Numbered from the stretch's first letter, positions 11,699 through 25,769 are shown. The stretch: DNA of 64,000 bases from Octopus vulgaris (GCA_951406725.2 OX597822.1:12090001-12154000); one strand, 5' to 3'. Made by a program: numbers and translations. The notes: generated by a model from the letters alone, not told the origin.

Positions 11699-11754
11699 AT
11701 GTAATTAATAATAATAATGATGATGATGATGATGAGGATCATGATGGTGATGAT

Positions 11755-11787
<33 letters not shown>

Positions 11788-11788
<1 letters not shown>

Positions 11789-12264
11789 TTGTCTTGGTAT
11801 AAACATGTGCTACAGGAAATATTCTACTCGGTACCACAAGTGTGATTGTCAGTTTTTTTACCTTAACGAGTTGAGTATGTCCCTTGGTGTCTGACTGTAT
11901 GTGCATCCCTGATCTCGAGCAGAGGTAGTGGGGAACCGTCATAGCCATGTGTCGAAAGGAATTCTTAGAGATTTGGATAATTCACCTCTGGAAACATGGG
12001 TATTTCGTTCAACATCCTTAAACAACTGTTATTCAGCAACCTTTTGAGCGGGATGGGTTACTCGACCAGAAGAAAATTCTAACTAGGCCCCACCTGCAAA
12101 GTCATGCGCTGTTTATCTTGATATGAGATCACTATGTCGCGCACATATGGTTGTGATGCATGTGCATGGTGTACCCTTATCAGGCAAGTGGTCATGACGG
12201 GTATACTGGTCTTCGTATATTTTACCTCAGTGTCATCTTGTTGGCATACACTGCTCTCTCACTC

Positions 12265-12266
<2 letters not shown>
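11788..12266. repeat. Unclassified about 480-bp insert flanked by (AAT)n on both sides
   Basis: Higher-complexity block between two TAA tracts; no recognisable ORF. Confidence 0.45.
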
Positions 12267-12294
<28 letters not shown>

Positions 12295-12298
<4 letters not shown>

Positions 12299-12493
12299 TC
12301 TACTATAGGAGCAAAGCCTGAAATTTAAGGGAAGATGATTGTCTATTCCATCTACCCCATTTCGCAACTGGTATTCATTCTATCGACTCCGAAACAATAA
12401 AAGGAAAAGTCGACGTCTACAGGATTTGAACTCAGACGAAATACTACTAAGCATTTCCTAGGTGTGATACCAACTGCACCAGCTGGCCGCCTC
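12295..12493 (-). mobile_element. SINE family B, degenerate
   Basis: Reverse complement similar to 16955-17182. Confidence 0.7.
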
Positions 12494-12523
12494 AGTGTAT
12501 AGTTGCATATTACCTTTGTCATT

Positions 12524-12960
12524 CGGCGGCGAGTTGGCAGAAATGTTAATGTTCCCCTTTACACTTTTTGGATTCCTGAGTTCGGATTTCGAAACTTGTC
12601 AAAGACATCTTTACTTTCCCTTTATTTGAAGTTTGATGTAGGAATTTACCAATCCACTCCTATGACTGTAATTATTCTGTATCTCTATTTCTCTCTGAAA
12701 GAAATCGACTGTGTTAATCATGGAGACGGATGGGTAAGTCTAGGATTACAAAATCGTATTGTAAGATGTGGCCCCCGAAAATTCCTTCAGTAACTGAGTG
12801 ATTCGGGGAGAAAGAGAACGATACAATGAGTATCATACTGGGCAAAAAAAAAGACTACAAAAATACGTATTGAGGTTGATTCACTCGATTGAAGATTCTT
12901 TAAGGCGGTGCACCAACATGGCCGCAGTCTAATGACTGAAACAAGTAAAAGATGAAAGAT
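12524..12960 (+). mobile_element. Degenerate SINE: family B head, family A tail
   Basis: ggcggcgagttggcagaa head; catggccgcagtctaatgactgaaacaagtaaaag tail. Confidence 0.55.
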
Positions 12961-13321
12961 ATTATATTTCCTGGTATTCCCTTATTTTCTTAAGTCACTT
13001 AATCTGTTAAACAGTTTTTATTTTTTGAAAATTATTCACTAACATTATGTTATGTAATAATAGAGTATATATAATTTTTCACTCTTTGGTTTTGGTTTCA
13101 AATTAGAACACTTGGTTTTTTCTAATTATCGATCACTGATTATCAAATTCAAACGATCCTTATCTTTCTCTTACCATTTCTTTGTATCTCTCCTACTCAC
13201 CAGATACCTTCCTTTAATCTCTCTTAATCCACCTAACTACCGTTCCATGTTGTTCTCTCTTTGCCCGTCAGCATACCTGTACAGATGTACGTGTACAGGC
13301 TTTGGTTTCCAACAGTATGTG

Positions 13322-13367
<46 letters not shown>

Positions 13368-13411
13368 CATACACACACACACACAAACAGACATGTATAT
13401 ATATGTGTATG

Positions 13412-13443
<32 letters not shown>

Positions 13444-13469
13444 TAAATATTTATGCATATACATATATG

Positions 13470-13507
<38 letters not shown>

Positions 13508-13581
13508 CACAAATATTTACATTTTGGAATAGAAATATATAAACACATACGAGAGGGTGTATATATATGGGTGTATACATG

Positions 13582-13627
<46 letters not shown>

Positions 13628-14241
13628 TATGTATGTATGCGTGTATTTATACATACGTGTATAAACATATATTTATATACACATATTTCTTACTGTTACT
13701 ATATATATAGATATATATGCGTGAAATGATTGTTAATTGAATCGTGTTTGTTTTAAATCAAATTATTCCTAAAAAAAAAATAAGTGAAAAAGCTTCGAAA
13801 TGAAAGGTAAAAAATAAAACGTAAGAAATAAAAAAAGTAAAAATATTGATAACGAGAGTTTGATTTTACTTCAATGGAGATAAAACGAGAATCAAAGCTT
13901 TATTCCGTGTCTAGAGATACATACACACACACACACACACACATACACACACAAACACAAACACAGATATATGTATGAATGTATACAGCCATATCAAAAG
14001 TATATAAATAGATATATATACATGCATGAGGATACCTATATATATATATATATATATATGCTTATATTCATATATATGTATATACTTATATGCATATATA
14101 CATATATTTATACATGCATACACGTACGTATTCACATGAGCATGTATATAGGTGTTTGCATTTGTTTGTGTGTATATATATATCAATACATAGACATATA
14201 TATATATATATATGCATATATGCATATATATTTAAATATAT

Positions 14242-14305
<64 letters not shown>

Positions 14306-14661
14306 GTATATCTATATATGCGTTAATAATTATCCCTCTCTCTCTCTCTTACCCACTTTTTCCATATATATATATACATATATGTATGTATAATATATAT
14401 TTATATAGTTGAATATATGTACATGTATATATACCAATATATTTCGATACATATAAATGTATATGTAATTATACACACATACACAAACACACCGACACAG
14501 ACAACACACATATAGTTCCGTGTATGGATGCGAGGTTCCGTATAGCTTTGTGTGTGTGAGCGTTCATTTAAAATGTGGCAACTAATTGTGACTAAACGAT
14601 GTATTCTATGCACTTTAGGCATGCCTGTGTGTATATTATAGATGTTTGAATGGATATATGC

Positions 14662-14698
<37 letters not shown>

Positions 14699-14798
14699 CA
14701 TAAAATCTTACTGCAGTGTACTTTCATGTCTGCATATGAACATAAATATCTATGTGTATGTATTTTAGAAAATATATATGCACATATATGTATATATG

Positions 14799-14849
<51 letters not shown>

Positions 14850-15294
14850 ATATATACCTATATATGTGTGTTGGTGTATAAGGGTGACGGTGTGCAACGT
14901 GTTGTTGCTGCTTGAGTGTGTATATAAATGTATAGCTTGTAGGTGCCTCTGATCATTTTCCAATCATTTTCTCCCGGATTGTGCGTGCGCATGCTTGTTT
15001 ACTTCTAATAACAGTTATGTGGAAAATAGAGATATAATAGAACGTAATATGGCGAATGACGATGAAATAGGAGAAAAGGAAAGAATATTCTGTCAAATAA
15101 ATTGGTGTAGAATGCATTTGCGTTCGAATATAATAACAGAGTCGGCAAGAGAGAGAAACAGGAAGAAGAGGGAAGAAGAAGAAGAATGTGGTGGAGTTGG
15201 AAGAGGAGTAAGGAGAGAGGGAGGTAGTACAGGAGGCAATTAGAACGAAAAAGGGATTTAAAAAAAATAGTTAATATACGGATGGGTGTAACAC

Positions 15295-15350
<56 letters not shown>

Positions 15351-15446
15351 AAACAAACACTTGTGTGTACATGTATAATATATACCCTGTTAGATACATA
15401 CCCACACGCTCTCTCAAACACGCAGCCACACACAGATACACAATCA

Positions 15447-15510
<64 letters not shown>

Positions 15511-15512
15511 AA

Positions 15513-15548
<36 letters not shown>

Positions 15549-15903
15549 AATATATACATATAAAATATATATATATATATATATAGATGTATAAATATAT
15601 GCATATGTGTGTTTATCAGAGATGTACATGTATATATGCATATAGATACGTGTAGTTACATATAAATAAATATGCATTGACACATACACTTGTGTAATGA
15701 GACACACACACACACACACACATGTGGGAATAACAGAGTTAAAACACAAATAAGAGGGAGACAGCAAGCGTGAGAACGTAGAGAAGATTCATATGTATGT
15801 ATATATATATACACGCGCACGCACACGCACATACACACACACACACATATATATATACATAAATAAATTTATATATCTTAATCTATAGTTACATCTCTCT
15901 ATC

Positions 15904-15974
<71 letters not shown>

Positions 15975-16954
15975 AGAGAGAGAGAGAGAGAGAGAGGAGG
16001 GGAGAGATTGGGAGAGAGACCGAGAGAGAGTTAGATAGATTGACATTAGAGTGATAGTGAGATAGAAAGAGGGAAGGATACAGAAATAGAGAGAAGTGAG
16101 AGAGAGAGAGAGAGAGATAAGAATCAAGATAGTGAGGAGTCGATATACACGAAAATAATTTATCGAAAAAGTTTTAAAGAATAGAAAGGAGAATGGGAGA
16201 AACCTGAAGATTATGATGTTTAAAAATCACATGCTTCTCAATATGTGTACAAGGGTGTATGTATTCGCTTACACACACGTATACACAAGAACGTGCATAT
16301 GTATGGAAGCATATTTATGTACGTGTGCGTGTATGTGTATGCATACTAACGTATGTACGTCTATGTGTATGTATGTGCGTGTGATATGTGTATAAAAATA
16401 TGTGTGTCAGTGTAGAAAATATTTTCTTGGTGTTATTTATGCATGATTATTTAATTAGAAAATGGATATAATATAGAGGTGTCTATAATTACAATTCTAT
16501 GTTAAATGGTGCTGAATTCTTTGAATTATCGCCGTCATAGGTTTCCAAATTTTAAACCGATGATTCACTGCCGTGTCGAGCAATTTCCGCTTGAGTACTG
16601 TACTACAACCTGCAAGTAAATATTTATGAATTTTTCAACCGTATTTGCTCTGGGAAAGTAATGATTATGAATACGAAAAAAGAAATATTTACGCTTATAC
16701 GTACACACACTCACAAAGCAATTCAATGTATATCCATATACACACACACAAGGTCCAACTGACATTTTGATTAACGGGTTTGCTTTGCAACGACATGTTT
16801 CTGAGTTTGGCCTAACGTTAAAGCCTCTGAGTAACTCCTGTAGTCTCGGACCGACGTATCATTTGTAAGTGAAGGATTGTAGTCGGAATATGAGTGGCAT
16901 ACTCTCGTGCAAATATACATACATACATAATATTTAGCAGGAGTAGCAATAAGA

Positions 16955-17182
16955 CGGCGAGCTGGGAGAAACGTTAGCACGCCGGGCGAAATGTTCAGCG
17001 GTATTTCGTCTGCCGTTACGTTCTGAGTTCAAATTCCGCCGTGGTCGACTTTGCTTTTCATCCTTTCGGAGTCGATAAATTAAGTACCAGTTATGCACTG
17101 GGGTCGATGTAATCGTCTTGATTCCTTTGTCTGTCCTTGCTTGTTCCCTCAGTGTTTAGCCCCTCGTGGGCAATAAAGAAAT
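16955..17182 (+). mobile_element. SINE family B
   Basis: ggcgagctgg..aacgttagc head, B box GAGTTCAAATTCC, core tttcatcctttcggagtcgataaattaagtaccag; homologues at 25770 and 27095-27778. Confidence 0.85.
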
Positions 17183-17492
17183 TGCAATGTCTATACATAT
17201 AAATTTGACATAAGCGATTCCTTCTTGGATTCACGGTCAAAAGGCTGGGTGGAATTCAGCGAAAAATTACACAGATGTGTAGAATATTGCGGTGGTGATG
17301 CTGCACTTTGTATTCTTTTCATAGCTCCCATGGTTACCGAGATGATGTACCATAATAATACTTTTGTGTTTATGAATGAGAAAGGAAGGGGTGGTGTCAT
17401 ACTTAGTAGTTGCGATGATGAAAATTGTACGCTAAAAAAATAAATCAAACTGCGTTACAACTGTGTGAATATATGTAAAAGGGGTATGTGAA

Positions 17493-17534
<42 letters not shown>

Positions 17535-17544
17535 CACACACACA

Positions 17545-17918
17545 ATCGCCGACTGCCTGTTGTAGGAGGACGCTAACTGTTCTCAGTCAGAAATCATCTC
17601 TGGTAGGCTCGAACATGGGCTCTTGATATTCCTGCAGTAAGGGTGCCATCCGGTGCAGGTGGAGCTATTGACGCAGAGAAGAATACGTGCCTCTCATGTA
17701 ATCTTTCGCATCCTCTCTATTGTCTCTCCAGAATCACTGGAATTAGGAGCTTCAGCGATCAGTTCTATTCATTGCACGGCAGCGCATTCTTTTCCCATGT
17801 GGCTGGGGAGATGTCTCAGTTCTTCATATGTCTCTTCCGCGCATTTGTGCATCGCAGCCTTTGGCCACTACGGCTCCGCATCCTCTGCTGCATTTCAGCG
17901 TACAAAAGGATTGTGTGA
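17545..17918 (-). mobile_element. RTE-type LINE C-terminal fragment, decayed
   Basis: ILLYAEM..RSRSGQRLR...KRHMK..ISPATWE matches the RTE post-RT region; flanked by (TA)n/(CA)n. Confidence 0.7.
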
Positions 17919-17935
17919 ATATATATATATATATA

Positions 17936-18225
17936 TTGTAACTTTCTCCGTTTTTCCCATCCCTGTTTTCGTATACATTCGCTGCTTTCTTCCAAGGAAT
18001 CTAATGCTCTTAGCTTAGTTTCTCCTTGTGGTTGACCAGGTTGGAGCAATCTCGAGAATAACAGTCGAAATTGCAAAGATAATCTGGAACTCGACTGAGG
18101 AAAGAAATTTCCGAATGACCTGGTTTTCTTTGTATAGTTTATCTGGATGTATTGTTGTCCCTTTCTTGTATCTGTCTGGATTTTTGGGTTCTTGTTCAAT
18201 TTTGTATTTATATATTATAATAAGA
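17936..18225 (+). mobile_element. Short TA-inserted repeat carrying the rearranged hammerhead motif
   Basis: About 290-bp T-rich block between microsatellites; contains the motif at 18046-18101. Confidence 0.55.
18046..18125 (+). ncRNA. Rearranged hammerhead-like motif, copy 3 (divergent family)
   Basis: GCAAT-C | TCGAG | AATAACAGTC-GAAATTGC | 15-nt linker | CTCGA | CTGAGGA. Confidence 0.6.
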
Positions 18226-18234
18226 GATATACAT

Positions 18235-18287
<53 letters not shown>

Positions 18288-18615
18288 CATATATATATAC
18301 ATATATATATACATAAGTGTATATATATTTACATATATATATATACATAGGTATATAAATATATATATATATATATATACACATATATATATATATATAC
18401 ATACAGGTATATAATATATACAGAGAGAGAGAGAGAGAGAGATGCTGGTGTTCCAGCATGGTCGCACTCAAATTTCCCATGACAGTAACAAGTAAAATGG
18501 TAAAAAATCTATTTATATCTATATCTGTATCTATACAGACACACACATACACATACGCATATGTATACGTGTATACATACAAATAGACGTATTTATTCTA
18601 TGCGTACGTTTAGGT

Positions 18616-18995
18616 GGAGGCGCAATGGCCCAGTGGTTAGGGCAGGGGACTCACGGTCGTAGGATCGCGGTTTCGATTCCCAGACCGGGCGTTGTGAGTG
18701 TTTATTGAGCGAAAACACCTAAAGCTCCACGAGGCTCCGGCAGGGATGGTGGTGATCCCTGCTGTACTCTTTCACCACAACTTTCTCTCACTCTTACTTC
18801 CTGTTTCTGTTGTACCTGTATTTCAAAGGGCCGGCCTTGTCACTCTCTGTGTCACGCTGAATATCCCCGAGAACTACGTTAAGGGTGCACGTGTCTGTGG
18901 AGTGCTCAGCCACTTACACGTTAATTTCACGAGCAGGCTGTTCCGTTGATCGGATCAACCGGAACCCTCGTCGTCGTAACCGACGGAGTGCTTCC
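18616..18995 (+). mobile_element. SINE family C (tRNA-derived), full length with 10-bp TSD
   Basis: A box TGGCCCAGTGG, B box GTTTCGATTCCC; ACGTTTAGGT at 18606-18615 and 18996-19005. Confidence 0.9.
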
Positions 18996-19581
18996 ACGTT
19001 TAGGTACAGTCATTTACATTTATGTAATTGAGATTTTATAGAATAGATCCATCATTCTTGGAAACGATGGGCTTTGAACTTGGTGTATTACAGCGCTAAT
19101 TTAACTTTCATAAGTAGGCTGAAGTAAGGAGGGAAATTGATATCGCGCCATTGCTATAGAAAAAATATTTATTGAACAATCATTGGTGTTGCAGTCAGCC
19201 GGCCGGTTGAATAAAGATTCTTTATGTGCAACTTGAAGTCACTGTTTTTTACTATATCAGCGATAGCAGTTTTGCTAATAGGTGATGCTCACGAAGCGCA
19301 AAGATGCAGAAATGTGCATGAAGCTTCCTCACCACTGTTGCTGAAAAACACGAACAGCATGAACAACAATGGGTAAAGTCACATCATTATTTGATGATTA
19401 CAACATACACTACTGAGGATCGCTTCCTGTGTGACAGCAGTTTTAGATTCAGAAAAAAGTACGTCCCAGAAAAATTATGCTGAATGCTTTCTAGATATTT
19501 TCCAGGGATTTAATTATCACTTTTACTTTTTATGATATACATACATATACATAACTATACATATACATAACTATACATACA

Positions 19582-19630
<49 letters not shown>

Positions 19631-19705
19631 TGTCTCTTGGGGCTAAATAGCAGTACCATTCTTCCCTTTCCTGGGACTGCCACATTATGGTGGCAGCAAA
19701 CCATC

Positions 19706-19740
<35 letters not shown>

Positions 19741-19745
<5 letters not shown>

Positions 19746-21152
19746 TCTTCAATTCCTTTTCCTTCCCTTCCAGCCCCTCTCACCTCCCCTTCACCCTTGA
19801 CATCAAATCACTGTATACGGTGATTCCCCACAACGACGGTCTCCTAGCTCTCCAACACTTCCTCGACCGTCGCCCCGACCCAACCCCTAGCACACCCACC
19901 CTCATCCGCCTGGCAGAGCTCGTCCTAACCCTCAACTGTTTCACATTCGCCGGGGAAACGTACCAACAAATGTCCGGGGTCGCGATGGGAACGAGAATGG
20001 GTCCCAATTTCGCCAATCTCTTTGTTGGCTACATTGAGGCCCAAGTATTTTCCCAATTCTCCGGGCCGACCCCAGAACTATACGGTCGTTACATAGACGA
20101 CTGTATAGGCGCCACCTCCTTTCCCGCGAACAACTCTGCCACTTCATCTCTTTCCTCTCTAACTTCCACCCCTCTCTACAATTCACTTCCACCATATCCA
20201 ATACTTCCGTTAACTTCCTAGATATCTCACTCAGCATCGACCACCCCTCCCACTCTCTTACCACCTCTGCCTTCTTCAAACCCACGGATTCCCACCTCTA
20301 TCTCAACTTCTCCTCCTCCCATCCCTTCCACACCAAACGGGCTATCCCCTACTCCCAGTTCCTCCGCCTCCGACGCTTGTGCAGCCGCGACCAGGATTTC
20401 GAGACCCAGACTCAATACCTGGCCCGCCTGTTCAGGCTTCGAGGATACCCACCTACCCTGGTCTTGAACGCCCTCGCCCGCGCTCGTCGCATCGACCGCA
20501 CCACCGCCCTTTCTCCTTCCAATCACCCACCCCCAACCGCACCCCCTTTCCCCTCCTTTTCCACCCCTCTACTCTACCCCTTCGTCGGAAGATACTTCGT
20601 GCCTTCCGTCGTCTCCAGCTCGATTCCACGACCCACCCCATTTTCCCCACTCCACCCCTGTCCTCTTTCAAACGAGCCCGGAATCTACGCGACCTCCTGG
20701 TCCGTAGCACCCTCCCTTCTTCCCCCTCGGCCCCACTCGGATCCTTCCCATGCTCCAGATCCCGCTGCAACACCTGCCCCTTCATCACCAACACCACTGC
20801 TGTCACCGGTTCCAACCGGCGAACTGTACGTATCGGGTATTCCTTTACGTGCACCTCGTCTGGAATCATATACTGCATTAAATGCAACCGCTGCAGGATG
20901 CTGTATATAGGACAGACGGGACGCCGGTTGTCAGACCGATTCACCGAGCATCTGCGGGATGTTCGTCTATTTTCCAATTCTCCCGTCGCACGGCACTTCC
21001 GCTCAGCCAGCCATTCCCCTGATGACATCTCGGTGTTTGGTCTTGCCCCACACAACGGCTCTCCCTAATCTAGGCTTCACTTGGAACAACGGTTCATATT
21101 CCTTCTACGGACTCTAACCCCACACGGACTCAACACAGCTCCCTCCTCTTAG
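19741..21152 (+). pseudogene. Penelope-like element ORF: RT + GIY-YIG endonuclease, 5'-truncated, two frameshifts and one stop
   Basis: LDIKSLYT, GVAMGTRMGPNFANLF, RYIDD, FLDI, KPTDSHLYL, CSRSRCNTC, IIYCIKC..YIGQTGRRLSDRFTEH, GLN. Frameshifts near 20122 and 20525; TAA at 21066. Confidence 0.95.
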
Positions 21153-21249
21153 TGACTGCGCTCCACTTCTCCCCCCGCATCTTTTATTTTTTATTTTTTA
21201 CTTTTTATTTTTGTTTATTAATTATTATTTATTTTTAATATTTAAAAAT

Positions 21250-23430
21250 TTTTATAATTGTCCTTATGCAGTCACACACACATACTCACGTACCCACGAA
21301 CACACCTACTCCCAACACACCAAACACACACAACGTACATGCACATGTACGCACACATACTTCCACACCCATACACACACCCACACACCCACACGTGCAC
21401 ACACACACATGCCTGTGCACATACACCAGGGACAATACTCATGCAGATACGCACAATCCTATAAACACCTAGCTGGGACGCACAGATACACGCACGTAAG
21501 CGCACACACGCACATGTACCTTACGCCCACACAACTCCAACCCCCCCCACACGTATACATTCACACACACACACACATACATACGTACACACACATAATA
21601 CATACATAGATACATTCATACATACATACACTCATACACACACACACACATACATACATACATACACATACATACATACATACATTCATACATACATACA
21701 CACACACATACATACATACACACACATACATACACACACAAAAAATACATACACACACACATACATACACACACACATACATACACACACACACACATAC
21801 ACACACACATACATACACACACATACATATACATACACACATACATACACACACACATACCCACCCACACACACGCACGCACACATACATACACAAACAT
21901 ACATACATACACACACGTACACACACACATACATACATACAACACACATACATACACAGATACACACATACACACAAACATACATACACACACATACATA
22001 TACATACATACACACACATACACAAATACACACATACATACACACACACATACACACATGCATATATGCATACACACATACATACATATACATACATACA
22101 CACACATACATATACACACACACACTTACACACATACACCCATCCATACATACATACACACTTACACACATGCACACACACATACACACACGCACACACA
22201 CACATACATATATACACACATACAAACACACATACATACATAGATACATGCATACACAAACATAGATATACATACATACATACACACAAACATACACACA
22301 CACATACACACACACACACGCACACATACATACACACACATACATACACATACACGTACATACACATACACGTACATACATACATACATACATACACACA
22401 AACTTACACACATACACATACATACACACACATACACACACATACATACATACGCACATACATACACACACATATACATACATACACAAACACATACACA
22501 CACATATATATACATACATACAAACACACACACACATGCACACATACACGCATGCACACATACATACATACACACACATACATATACTACATACATAAAT
22601 ACATACATACACACACATACATAAGCATACATATGTACACACACGCACATACACACATACACGCATGCAAAATACATACATACACACATACGTACATGCA
22701 TACATACACACACACATACACACACACATACATACATACATACACACACATACACACATACATACATACACACACGCATGCATACACACATACACACACA
22801 TACATACATACACACACGCATATATATACATACATACATACACATACACACACATACACACATACATACACACACACATATAAACACACATATAAGCCCC
22901 TACATTGTACACACACGCACACATATATATATACATTCACTCGCACGCACGTACACACACACACACATTTACATATATATATATACTATACACTCACACA
23001 CACATACACGCGTACAAACACACAAACTCACATACACACCGACAGATATACATACACAATATACACCCACCGCGCACGCACACATGCACACAAACACATA
23101 CAAACGCACACATACACGTACATACATACACTCTCACACAAATGAACCCACATATACATCCCCCTACACACACACACGTACTAGGGTTACGCCACACACC
23201 CACACTCTACGCATACACACACGAAACACACACACGCACACACACACACTACAAACAACACACACATATGATGTTTTTTGACCTGTCTTTGACCTACATT
23301 GACACAAACAGCTAGTAGTCATCACCACAGCTGGCTTTGTCATTATCTATTCACCAAAAAATACACACACACACACACACGCACGCACAAACACACTTGT
23401 CATCTTGCACACACACACACACACACACAC
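21250..23430 (+). repeat. About 2.2-kb degenerate (CA)/(CATA)n tract between the PLE ORF and its tail
   Basis: Directly visible; source of the HT/VC-rich pseudo-ORFs. Confidence 0.95.
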
Positions 23431-23732
23431 AGGCATTCCCTTTTTTGGAACTCTCTTGCATTATAAAACCATTTTTCAACTACCTCCAAATTCTGTTCTT
23501 TTCAACATGTGATCTCTTAAGCACCACCAGCTCAAATATTGTCTCCTCTGTCTTCCCTCCTTGGGATCTTTCCTTCTCCTTGTTTCCGACGAAGAGCTCC
23601 GCTCGAAACGTTAAACCCTCCTTCCCTTCTTTCCTGAGCGTCAATAATACTTTAATTGTTCCACGTCCTGCGTTGCTGTGTTTATTTCTTTTTTTTCCTT
23701 TTTTTCTGTGTTTTCTTGTTTGGATTAACTTT
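23431..23732 (+). mobile_element. PLE pLTR/tail with minimal hammerhead motif (23586-23613)
   Basis: CCGACGA-A-GAGC-TCC-GCTC-GAAAC-GTTA, with palindromic stem III AACGTT, downstream of and in the same sense as the PLE ORF; U4>C variant. Confidence 0.7.
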
Positions 23733-24210
23733 ATATAATGATGGTTTGCTGCCACCATAATGTGGCAGTCCCAGGAAAGGGAAGAATGGTACTGCTATTT
23801 AGCCCCAAGAAACACCATTTCTAGTTGGCTATGTGACCCAAGCGTTCTGTGCCATTAAGTTTTCAAATAGGGGAGATAAGCACCTCCACCCAACAAAGCC
23901 AGCTGTCAGAGAGTAGTTTCACTGTTGTTGCACTTCATCAGTCTGGATTAGGTTGGCTTTGCAAGCTGTCGGTGCTAAATAGCTGTCGAAAACTTATAGA
24001 ATTTCAAGTGAAATAAATTCACTGATCTACAAAATTAGAAATATTGTATTTCTAAATCTCTCAGAGAGAGTTATACTGCTGTAGCACGATAAAGTGATGG
24101 TTTGTCACCAACTTAATGCGGCAGTCCCAGGAAAGGGAAGAATTCTACTGCCCCAAGAAACTCCGTTTCTAGTTGGCTACGTGACACAAGCGTTCTCTGT
24201 CCTTAAGTTT
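23732..24210 (-). mobile_element. PLE-type non-autonomous element with partial direct repeat and hammerhead remnant
   Basis: 23757-23860 is repeated at 24115-24210. The minus strand reads CAGA-CTGATGAAGTG..GAAAC-TACTC-TCTG at 23906-23945. An inverted copy of its end lies at 19627-19711. Confidence 0.6.
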
Positions 24211-24227
24211 TTAATATATATAACTAT

Positions 24228-24366
24228 AATTGAATAAACTAGAGTCAACAAGAAGGAGTACGGTTAGGTAGCTACTTAATAAACACTGCACATGTTTCGA
24301 TACATGAGTTGTGTTTATTAAATAACTGTCCAACAGTACTCCTTGTTGACTCTAGTTTATTCAATT
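24228..24366. repeat. About 140-bp imperfect palindrome followed by an about 130-bp tail
   Basis: aattgaataaactagagtcaacaa...catgt-ttcga-tacatg...ttgttgactctagtttattcaatt. Confidence 0.85.
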
Positions 24367-24494
24367 TTATTTTCACGCCCGATGAATGTCTAAACCTACA
24401 CTTGGAAGTAAAATGTAATACGACCGGCTATTTGGTAATTCTAAGGATGAATGTGCTCTATTTTGTACTCTGCAACGTTATAACGGAACAAAAC

Positions 24495-24548
<54 letters not shown>

Positions 24549-24551
<3 letters not shown>

Positions 24552-24970
24552 TGCAATGGTTGCTGTGTGGTAGGAAGCTCGCTTCCCAACTCATTGTTGC
24601 CGGTTCTGTCCCACTCTCTAGCACCTTCGCAAATGTCTTTCCACTATAGCCTCGTGTCGACCAAAGCCTTGTGAGTGAATGTGGTAGATGGAAACTGAAA
24701 GAATCCCGTCGTATATGTATGTGTGTGTGTGTATGTGTATGTATTTGTATGTCTGTATTTGTCCTCCCTCCATCGCTTGACAGCCTATATTGGTGTGTTT
24801 GCGTCCCTGTAACTTAGCGGTTTGGCAAAAGAAACCGATATAAAATGTTCTATGCTTACAAAGAATAAGTCCTGAGGTCTATGTGTTCGACTAAAGGTGT
24901 TTCTCCAGTATGACCACAGTCAAGCGACTGAAACAAGTAAAATAATGAAAGAATAAAAGAATAAAAGAAT
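24549..24970 (+). mobile_element. SINE family A, diverged
   Basis: Colinear with 11265-11698. Confidence 0.85.
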
Positions 24971-25769
24971 TTATATATTGGTAAAAGAATGAAAGAATAA
25001 AAGAATAAAATAATTTATATATTGGTGTGTGTGTGTGTAAAGTCATGAATACACAAGTTTGCTTAAATTTCTCTGTGTTCGTGTATTTATTTGATACGCC
25101 AAATCAGTGTAACAGTCATATGCTGTCTTAAATATGAAACGTCTACCATACGAAGCCTGTTGCCAAATGTATTATACTTCCATGTATAATTATTGTTATA
25201 ATGCAACAGATTTAATAAATATGGCTGCATCACTACGCTATACACTTTTTTCGTTTCTTTTTTCTCACTAATCTGGAAACTTGAATCTGGCAAGTTTTAT
25301 TTTCTTTCGAAATGTGCGAATTTATTGATGTTCGTGAAAATATGCCAAATAATATTAGTTTTACGTTTCCATGAATATTGTTTGCTTCCACTGTAGCAAC
25401 GATACTGATTAGTATTGGCGCATCAAATATTTTTTGTTAATGGATTAATATAGTATATTATAATTACGTTGTTCTCTTAACTTTTCGTTTTTAACAGCAG
25501 AAATTCTTTTACAATTGAAATTACTTGTAAAAATGTCACCCCTGCTAGAAAGTTATTGCTTCTGTGATGACAGATTCATTATTTTAAACACCATGGCTCT
25601 CCAAAGCATCACTGAGGAGTTTTCGTTTGAAATTAGAAATGTAATGTGCAGATTCATTCTAAAACTGTCACAAAGTACTTTAACACGTAGAAATTGTAAT
25701 GGCATCCTTTATATTTTGTTGCTGTTAAAAGAGAAATAAATTACTATCGCATTATTACAAGATGAAGGA

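Noticed and set aside
18616-18690. tRNA gene (also 11265 and 40961)
   Set aside because: A/B boxes are present but continue into multicopy SINE bodies with tails or a TSD; no proper cloverleaf or terminator.
21066-21068. Possible selenocysteine recoding in the PLE ORF
   Set aside because: The in-frame stop is TAA, not TGA, and the ORF also has frameshifts.
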